From: Nanobdellota archaeon
GTDB lineage: Archaea; Nanobdellota; Nanobdellia; Woesearchaeales; JBBSVZ01
Length of the DNA stretch: 57,776 nt
Assembly: GCA_038046545.1 (NCBI GenBank)
Contig: JBBSVZ010000005.1
Location: 1 to 57,776, forward strand
Direction: 5' to 3'
The notes under the pieces were generated by a model. The model had not been told where the DNA came from, searched no databases, and saw only the letters and a program-made list of their open reading frames with translations. A program made the translations under genes and the position numbers. This document shows, piece after piece, positions 51,420 to 57,776 of the stretch (its first letter is position 1; each line of letters begins with the position of its first letter).

Positions 51420-53120
51420 TTACATCTCTTCTAATGTTGGAATTCCAAGGAGGCTGAGCCCTCTTGAAAGAACTTTTTTAGTGCTGTTCACCAAGGCGAG
51501 CCTTGCCATCTTTTCAGATTCTTCCGCCTTTAGGACTGGGCATTTGTTGTAAAATTCGTTGAACGCCTGAGAGGTGTCAATTAAGTACTTGCAAAGCCGC
51601 ATCGGCCTGTAAGAATAGCAGGCATCATTTACTGCCTCTGGAAACTCCCCGAGGAGCTTTATCAGTTTTATTTCGGATTCATCCTTGAAAACAGACAAAT
51701 CGGGGTTGTGGGGAACTTTTCCATCGTGTTTTCTAAGAATTGAGTTAATCCTTGCGATAACGTATTGAATGTATGGTCCTGTCTCGCCTTCGAATTCAAG
51801 AGATTTTTCTATATCAAAAACTATTGTCTTGTTATTATCTTGGTTTAGCATCGAGAATTTCAAAGCTGCAAGCGCGATTCCGCGAGCAGTAACCCTTTCT
51901 TTTTCATCTCCCCAGTCAGAGCGGCGTTTTTTGACTTCCTCCAGCGCTTTAGCGAGAACTTCCTCGTAAACCATCCTGAAAGTGATTACATTCCCAGACC
52001 TTGAAGACATCTTGCCTTCGGGGAGCATGACGAGTTCGTAAGACAGATGGTAGCAATCCTTCGCATACTTGAATCCCATCAATTCCAAAGTTTTGAACAA
52101 TTGCTTAAAGTAAAACTTTTGTTCTGAGCCAACAATGTAAATGCTTCTTTCAATACCGAATTGCTCGAACTTCTGCTTTGCAAGAGCGATGTCTTTAGTT
52201 GAGTAAAGCGAAGTTCCGTCTGTCTTAAGGATAACAAAGACGTCGAGCTTGTAAGGCTCAAGGTCAACAATAATCGCTCCTTCACTCTCTTTTGCAACTC
52301 CTTTTTTCAACAGTTCTTGCACCAAAATCTTTCCCGGCTTCTCAACTTCACTTTCATAAAAGAAAACATCAAAATCAACTTCCATTTCCTGATATGTTTC
52401 GTTGAGCTCATCAAGGCACCATTGCCTTGTTTCGTTCCAGAGTTTTGTCATTTCGTGTTCGCCATGTTCAAGTTTTTTCAGAACTGCAGAAATTTCAGTT
52501 TTGTAATCGGGGCTTTGCTCTGCTTTGGAATTTGCTTCTGCGTAAATCAGGCCGAGCCATTCGCCCCTGTGTTTTTCCGGTGGCTGTTCATCTGCATGGA
52601 ATTTTTTTAATGCCCAGAGGCACTTTGCCACATGAGTGCCAACATCTCCGGGATAATTCGCTGCTACGACTTCGTGACCTGAGAACTTCCATAATCTGAC
52701 TAATGCGTCTCCGAGACAAAGGTTCCTGAAATGACCAATGTGAAATGGCTTGTGGGTGTTTGCCTGGCAGAATTCAATCATCACTTTTTCTTTCTTCTTT
52801 AATTTTGGCTTGCCGAAATCTTCTTGTTTTAACGCCTCAAATACTTCTTTGCAATATTCTGCATCATCAATAAAAAAATTAATGTAAGCGCCGACAACCT
52901 CCATTTTCTTAATGGGATTTTTTAAAGCAAGGCTCTCAGCAAGTTCTTTTGCGATAATTTGAGGGCTTTTCTTCAGTGCTTTTGATAAGTTGAAGCAAGG
53001 GAAAGAAATGTCTCCGTGAGAAACATCTTTTGGCGATTCCAATAATGCCTTGACTTCTGAATTTGATAACTTTGTGTGAAATGCAATTCTTTCTGCGACA
53101 ATTTCCCTGAATTTATCCAT
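51420..53120 (-). CDS. argS: Arginine--tRNA ligase
   Basis: HIGH-type motif ANTHKPFHIGHFRN and the KMSKS-equivalent MSSRSG. A C-terminal DALR-like anticodon-binding region ends in EEM. Confidence 0.9.
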   Translation of the reverse strand: MDKFREIVAERIAFHTKLSNSEVKALLESPKDVSHGDISFPCFNLSKALKKSPQIIAKELAESLALKNPIKKMEVVGAYINFFIDDAEYCKEVFEALKQEDFGKPKLKKKEKVMIEFCQANTHKPFHIGHFRNLCLGDALVRLWKFSGHEVVAANYPGDVGTHVAKCLWALKKFHADEQPPEKHRGEWLGLIYAEANSKAEQSPDYKTEISAVLKKLEHGEHEMTKLWNETRQWCLDELNETYQEMEVDFDVFFYESEVEKPGKILVQELLKKGVAKESEGAIIVDLEPYKLDVFVILKTDGTSLYSTKDIALAKQKFEQFGIERSIYIVGSEQKFYFKQLFKTLELMGFKYAKDCYHLSYELVMLPEGKMSSRSGNVITFRMVYEEVLAKALEEVKKRRSDWGDEKERVTARGIALAALKFSMLNQDNNKTIVFDIEKSLEFEGETGPYIQYVIARINSILRKHDGKVPHNPDLSVFKDESEIKLIKLLGEFPEAVNDACYSYRPMRLCKYLIDTSQAFNEFYNKCPVLKAEESEKMARLALVNSTKKVLSRGLSLLGIPTLEEM

Positions 53121-53162
53121 AAGAACAAAGTTACTTTGGCAGTCTTAAATGTTTTTGGGTTT

Positions 53163-54248
53163 TTATGATATTAAAGCAGCCAATTCATAGTAAACAATTG
53201 CTCTTTCCGGCTGGCCTGCCAAACTTGCTGCTTTTGCTGCGTTCTTGAAATCCCCGCCCATCTCGAACAATTCCGTGCCCTTTCCAAATTGTCCTGCATC
53301 AATCGCACGGTGGCCGCCTGCAACATAGTTACCCAACCTCTCATTCAAATCAATTTCCATATTGATGAGGCCGGCTTTTTCTGCTTCCTTTAATGCTGGA
53401 TTGAACTGCCCTGCCTGGAAGTACATCTCGGCTGATTCTGCGTGCCTGCCAAGTTTTGAAGCAATTTCCCCTGCCTGGTGATAATGGGATCTTGACAAGG
53501 CATTTGCCAGTTGTTTCTCAAGAATGCTATTTGCAACATTCGAATCGCCAATTTTGACAGCTATTCCGAGCGCTTTGTCAAACTCAAATATTTTTGTATA
53601 AATATCTATGGCTTTTATAGGTTGACCAGATTCGTAAGCTATTCCAGCAGCTTCTAAGTTATTCCCGTTTTCTATTTTTTTTCCAATGGCACTGTTATAG
53701 AGTTTTTTAGCGCGCGAATCAAGTCCCGCTTTTACAGCGGCTCTTGCTGCGTAAACTTCTTGACCAGTACCTTCTAAAACATCAACTATTGAAGGCGATG
53801 AGTAATGTCCAAGGACAAATTCAATTGTTTCAGGAAGCTCTGCAGTCTGTGATTTTGTTTTTATTGCTTCCACCCAGATAATATCAACAAGATCGTTCAA
53901 TTGGTGCTCTCCAGCTGCTTGAGCCGCCTCTAAAGTGTATCCGTGCATCCTGTATAACTGTATTTGTTCGTCTAACAAGCCGTTTTCTTTTAAAATCCGG
54001 CCTGCATAAAGTATATCGCCCTGTGATTTCGTTATCTGAACGCCAAGGAGTATGTTGTCGGAAGCAATCGCGAGCTCAAAAGCATCGGTTGGCCGGTTCT
54101 CATCCCTAAATGTTTTTATAGCTGCAGAAACATATTTTTCAGGTAAGTTCGTATTGCCTATCAGCGATTTAACTGCCATTGCCCTGCCAAGATCAGTTTG
54201 AACCTGTCCGAGCAAATGTTCTAACTTCGCTGATTTTTTGATTGCCAT
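53163..54248 (-). CDS. Alpha-helical repeat protein (TPR/HEAT-like, hypothetical)
   Basis: A recurrent unit of about 35-40 aa with small, aromatic and Ala residues at regular spacing (e.g. AAGIAYESGQPIKAIDIY, AGEIASKLGRHAESAEMY). Confidence 0.5.
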   Translation of the reverse strand: MAIKKSAKLEHLLGQVQTDLGRAMAVKSLIGNTNLPEKYVSAAIKTFRDENRPTDAFELAIASDNILLGVQITKSQGDILYAGRILKENGLLDEQIQLYRMHGYTLEAAQAAGEHQLNDLVDIIWVEAIKTKSQTAELPETIEFVLGHYSSPSIVDVLEGTGQEVYAARAAVKAGLDSRAKKLYNSAIGKKIENGNNLEAAGIAYESGQPIKAIDIYTKIFEFDKALGIAVKIGDSNVANSILEKQLANALSRSHYHQAGEIASKLGRHAESAEMYFQAGQFNPALKEAEKAGLINMEIDLNERLGNYVAGGHRAIDAGQFGKGTELFEMGGDFKNAAKAASLAGQPERAIVYYELAALIS

Positions 54249-54362
54249 GATCTTGGCGTTAAGAATCTGATTAAAAACCTTTTGGTTATGACTACTTTGG
54301 AATGATTATTGACCACTTTTAATTATTTATAGGATAATTTCTTAAATCCAATCGCCTGATTA

Positions 54363-55430
54363 ATGACAATGTTTGGATTTTCGAAGATAAAATCATTAGG
54401 ATTCGCAACAAGTTTTGGAGGGATACGAATAAATGCAGAAATAATGTTTTCTGATAGCTTTGACAAAAAATTTTATGCTTTATACGCTGATTTGGCAAAC
54501 AAAAGTAACATCCAGCGCAAGGGCGAGACGGAAGTAAGGTCAGATCTTCTTAGAATCTTATCATCAATACTCGATTTGTCACTAAAGCAAGACTTTTATG
54601 ATATAATGAGAACTCTTCTTAAGCCAATAGATTTTAAGTATCTAATAATGCGTTTGCATAACTCGAAAGTATTGTTTATTATCGATGAATTTGAGTCAAT
54701 GGCAACAGCAAGCATAAACATGGATCGGCACAAGCCTATAATAAAATTAAATGGGCTATTGCCCTTAATCGTTTATGTGGATTTTAAAAAAACGGGCAGG
54801 TTAAACGCAATGCTCATTATGAAAAGTTTGGCTCACGAATACACACACTACATTGACTTCGAAAACCCCAAGCTGAGAGAAAAAGAATTTGCGGAAAGGA
54901 GAAATCCTGCAACTAAAATTGATTGGTTCATTAGCCGAATGCGTAATGAAGGAATTGCCACTGCGATTAGATACAAGACAAGCAATAAAATAACAATTTA
55001 CCCAAAAGAAATAGAAGAAGTTTTCTTTAAATTGCTTAGTTTAGCATCATTACCAATCAAAAAAACTCAAGTAATCCGAAAATCAGACGTGGCTTGGTAC
55101 CTCACCGGCCACTTTTATACGGTATTTTATTTAATTCTCATCTCCGGAAAATTCAATCAAATAAGGCTTTTGGCTGACGGCAGTAAGGGAACAATTACTA
55201 ACCTCCCTGAATTCATGAAAAAAGACAAGTTCTTCGTCGAAAATATTCCTCCAGAAATTTACAACAATCTTCAAACAATGCTGAACATGAGCCATGAATC
55301 TTATATTAAAAGAATGGCTCATGCGCTCTCAGAACTTGGACTTACACATCCAGAACAAAATCCCTTGCTTCAATACGACAAAATAATCGAGAAAGCTAAA
55401 AAGGGAGGCGTAAGAAATCGGAAGATTTAG
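54363..55430 (+). CDS. Hypothetical protein with an HExxH motif (putative zinc metallopeptidase)
   Basis: SLAHEYTHYID contains HEYTH. Nothing else recognised. Confidence 0.4.
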   Translation: MTMFGFSKIKSLGFATSFGGIRINAEIMFSDSFDKKFYALYADLANKSNIQRKGETEVRSDLLRILSSILDLSLKQDFYDIMRTLLKPIDFKYLIMRLHNSKVLFIIDEFESMATASINMDRHKPIIKLNGLLPLIVYVDFKKTGRLNAMLIMKSLAHEYTHYIDFENPKLREKEFAERRNPATKIDWFISRMRNEGIATAIRYKTSNKITIYPKEIEEVFFKLLSLASLPIKKTQVIRKSDVAWYLTGHFYTVFYLILISGKFNQIRLLADGSKGTITNLPEFMKKDKFFVENIPPEIYNNLQTMLNMSHESYIKRMAHALSELGLTHPEQNPLLQYDKIIEKAKKGGVRNRKI

Positions 55431-55502
55431 GCAGTGTGCTCTTTTTAACTTGCCATTTTTTATATCCGCAACAAATAAAAGCATTAAAATATTCCTTCCG
55501 AA

Positions 55503-55997
55503 ATGGAGATAAGATTCTATCATCCTATTGGGAAATATGGCTGCTTTTCTAATTTCTCGGAGCATCCGCTGTCAATTGACAATAAAATCTGGCCGACTGC
55601 TGAGCATTACTTCCAGGCACAAAAATTCAGTTTAACCTCACCCGAACATGCAGAAAAAATACGACTAGTTGTATCGCCAACAGATGCTCTCCGCCTTGGG
55701 CGTGAACGGACATACCCGATAAGGCATGACTGGGAAGAGATCAAAGATGATGTTATGCGACTGGCTGTTGCTGTGAAATTCAGCAGCCATTCAGATCTTG
55801 AGCAGAAACTTTTGTCCACAGGCGATGCGCATATAATCGAGGCAGCACCTCATGATTTTTATTGGGGCGAGGGCAACGGTAGCGGCAAGAATATGCTTGG
55901 GAAAATACTTATGGAAGTAAGAAGTGCATTAAGAACTGAGAATATTCCAAATTATAAAGATACTCTCGGGAAATTAACTGGTAACTCCGGCCTCTGA
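55503..55997 (+). CDS. NADAR (YbiA/DUF1768) family protein
   Basis: Motifs GCFSNFSEHP, WPTAEHYFQAQKF and FYWGEGNGSGKNMLGKILMEVR. Confidence 0.75.
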   Translation: MEIRFYHPIGKYGCFSNFSEHPLSIDNKIWPTAEHYFQAQKFSLTSPEHAEKIRLVVSPTDALRLGRERTYPIRHDWEEIKDDVMRLAVAVKFSSHSDLEQKLLSTGDAHIIEAAPHDFYWGEGNGSGKNMLGKILMEVRSALRTENIPNYKDTLGKLTGNSGL

Positions 55998-56272
55998 TGG
56001 GCTTTGTCGTCTTGATGAATCAGCCTTTCGATGCCTTGCTTCTCAATTGGATCAATAATTTCCTGAATTGGTGTTCTGCCCACATATCCAAATACCATCT
56101 CTTCAGGGGCTGATACTACATCTGTTTTATATTGACCCGTAACTTGACTGTCATCCATTAATGGAGTCAATCTAATTCTTATTGGCATGTAAGCATAAAG
56201 AACTTGCTTTTCTCCATAAACTACGCCATGTATGTGGAGTAAATGTCTGTTTTCATCCTCATCCGTTGTCAT
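55952..56272 (-). CDS. Hypothetical protein (106 aa)
   Basis: ORF whose 3' end overlaps the convergent NADAR gene by 46 nt. No motif recognised. Confidence 0.35.
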   Translation of the reverse strand: MTTDEDENRHLLHIHGVVYGEKQVLYAYMPIRIRLTPLMDDSQVTGQYKTDVVSAPEEMVFGYVGRTPIQEIIDPIEKQGIERLIHQDDKAHQRPELPVNFPRVSL

Positions 56273-56417
56273 GTATACTGGTATGGTGTTTAATATATAA
56301 AAACTTTGGGGAACTAATTACTTTGTAGTGGTTAATTTAATTACCTGTTGGCTGAAAGAAAGTTGAAGAAAAAGAACTTTTTCATAAACTGAATTGGAAA
56401 AACAAAATGAAAATTAG

Positions 56418-57671
56418 CTAAACTTTTTGTGGTGTCTGGACTGTGGATGGTGCTTTATACATAAAGATAAAGAACAATCCTGCCAATATGATAGTGGCGC
56501 CTGAAACAACTAAAGGCATTTCTGGTGTGAGAAGGGCAGCGATAATTCCTGAAAGCACAGGTGGGATAGATTGTGCCAGCGCCTGCACGCTGGTGTTGAG
56601 TCCCAGCACTTGCCCTTGAACTTCTTTTCCGGAGCTTCTGCTGATTAAGCCAGGAATGTTCGCTTGGGTGACTCCATTGCTAATTGCTAACATTGGCGCG
56701 AAAAACAGCAATTCCCACCAATGTGTTATGAAAATGTAAAAACTGATCACTACTCCCATTGCAAGAATGCTAATCTTCAAAACCTGGTCTTCGCGGAAGT
56801 GATTGTTGAGTTTTCTTGTGATTAACACTTGCGCAATTACTATCCATATCCCAACATATGCGAAATAAAGCCCAATCTGGCCAGGCGTTGCACCAAATCT
56901 ATCTATCAAGAACACGCTGAAAAAAGTGATGTAGAAAGCGAAACCTGCCTGAAACAAAAATGCTGCAGCGAAAATGATCCTTAAGTCAACATGCGAAAAT
57001 GCGCGCATTATATTCTTGATTGACTTGTTCATCTCAACAGCCGCATCTTTTGCAGGAGTGTGAGTTTCTGGCAATAGAATTATGAGCAGAATCATATTGA
57101 GGAGACTTAAGCCTGCAGCAAACCAAAAAGGCGTTGCTGCGGTGAACCAACTGACTATTTTCGGGTCTGCCAAGACGCCTCCAAGAAACGGCCCTATGAT
57201 GAAGCCAAGGCCAAACGCAGCTCCAATCAAGCCGAATGTTCTTGATCTCTTTTCCGGCGGAGTGATATCAGCAATTACTGCCTGGGCGACTGAAATATTC
57301 CCGCCTGTGATTCCGTCTAAAGCACGACTTAGAAACAACAATGGTATGTTTCGAGTCATAACAGCTATTGCGAAAATAACATAGCCAACGCAAGTTCCTG
57401 CAAGGCTGATGACGAGTATTTTCCTTCTTCCAAACCTGTCCGAGAGCTGTCCCAGAATCGGCGCAGCAAGAAAGACCATCAACGGGAAAGTCGCAATGAG
57501 CAGCCCAAGAATTATGTATCCTGTCTTAATGCTCATTCCGGCTGGCAGAATATAGGATGGTGATGCAGGGTCAGCGAGAAGAACTGGGATTACAGGGATC
57601 AGGATTCCAATTCCGAGCATATCAAGAAAAACAGTAAACAGAATTACGAATAAAGGATTACGATTTTTCAT
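56418..57671 (-). CDS. Major facilitator superfamily transporter (drug:H+ antiporter-like)
   Basis: 12 predicted helices. MFS motif A GQLSDRFGRRK. The TATA AATATTTAAG lies 20-29 nt upstream. Confidence 0.85.
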   Translation of the reverse strand: MKNRNPLFVILFTVFLDMLGIGILIPVIPVLLADPASPSYILPAGMSIKTGYIILGLLIATFPLMVFLAAPILGQLSDRFGRRKILVISLAGTCVGYVIFAIAVMTRNIPLLFLSRALDGITGGNISVAQAVIADITPPEKRSRTFGLIGAAFGLGFIIGPFLGGVLADPKIVSWFTAATPFWFAAGLSLLNMILLIILLPETHTPAKDAAVEMNKSIKNIMRAFSHVDLRIIFAAAFLFQAGFAFYITFFSVFLIDRFGATPGQIGLYFAYVGIWIVIAQVLITRKLNNHFREDQVLKISILAMGVVISFYIFITHWWELLFFAPMLAISNGVTQANIPGLISRSSGKEVQGQVLGLNTSVQALAQSIPPVLSGIIAALLTPEMPLVVSGATIILAGLFFIFMYKAPSTVQTPQKV

Positions 57672-57776
57672 GCATGGAGAGTTAACGGATAATATTTAAG
57701 AGTATGGTTGAAACAAATTATCGGCTATTAATACTTTAAAAAATTAAATCTGCTCTATCGGGTTATTTTCGGCCAT

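Noticed and set aside
57672-57776. Possible gene start at the right edge (minus-strand ATG at 57774-57776)
   Set aside because: It opens only a 10-codon ORF. The region is better explained as the promoter spacer of the MFS gene.

Overview
The window is a gene-dense, low-GC (by eye) archaeal chromosome fragment. Archaeal hallmarks include ribosomal protein L10e, membrane-bound LonB, a XerA-type recombinase, Endonuclease Q, a PAC2 chaperone and a split transketolase. Others are class III (pilin-type) signal peptides, an intron-containing tRNA-Tyr with a C1:G72 pair, and TTAAATA-like TATA boxes about 20-35 nt upstream of start codons, implying mostly leaderless mRNAs. A DPANN-like, small-genome, surface-protein-rich lifestyle is my inference only. 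Housekeeping genes present are cyclophilin, rpl10e, tkt, rpiB, pcm, gdhA, trxA, lonB and argS. They are interrupted by accessory patches. (1) 656-4503 is a patchwork next to tRNA-Tyr. It holds two paralogous RelE/ParE-like toxin plus wHTH antitoxin cassettes, one lying exactly between tRNA-Tyr and a degenerate copy of its 3' half. It also holds a GC-rich Imm-5-like gene and an unclassified structured RNA of about 160 nt flanked by 16-nt direct repeats. (2) 14258-24008 is a 9.5-kb single gene for a 3155-aa surface protein, bracketed by a direct duplication of the transketolase 3' end. A coiled-coil/Cys-rich/lipase-like protein follows it. (3) 32768-39240 is a roughly 6.3-kb block bounded by two unusually long AT-rich spacers and a 41-nt imperfect inverted repeat. 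It contains two paralogous lipoproteins, xerA and five ORFans. (4) 39229-44905 is a polysaccharide-type module. It comprises a processive GT2 with a domain insertion of about 280 aa, a truncated catalytically dead paralogue, a secreted TIM-barrel-like protein and a PEF-CTERM protein. A GC-rich intergenic element of about 100 nt occurs four times, with one compensatory stem change. No CRISPR array, rRNA or transposase was seen. All family assignments come from motif recognition by eye, not from searches.
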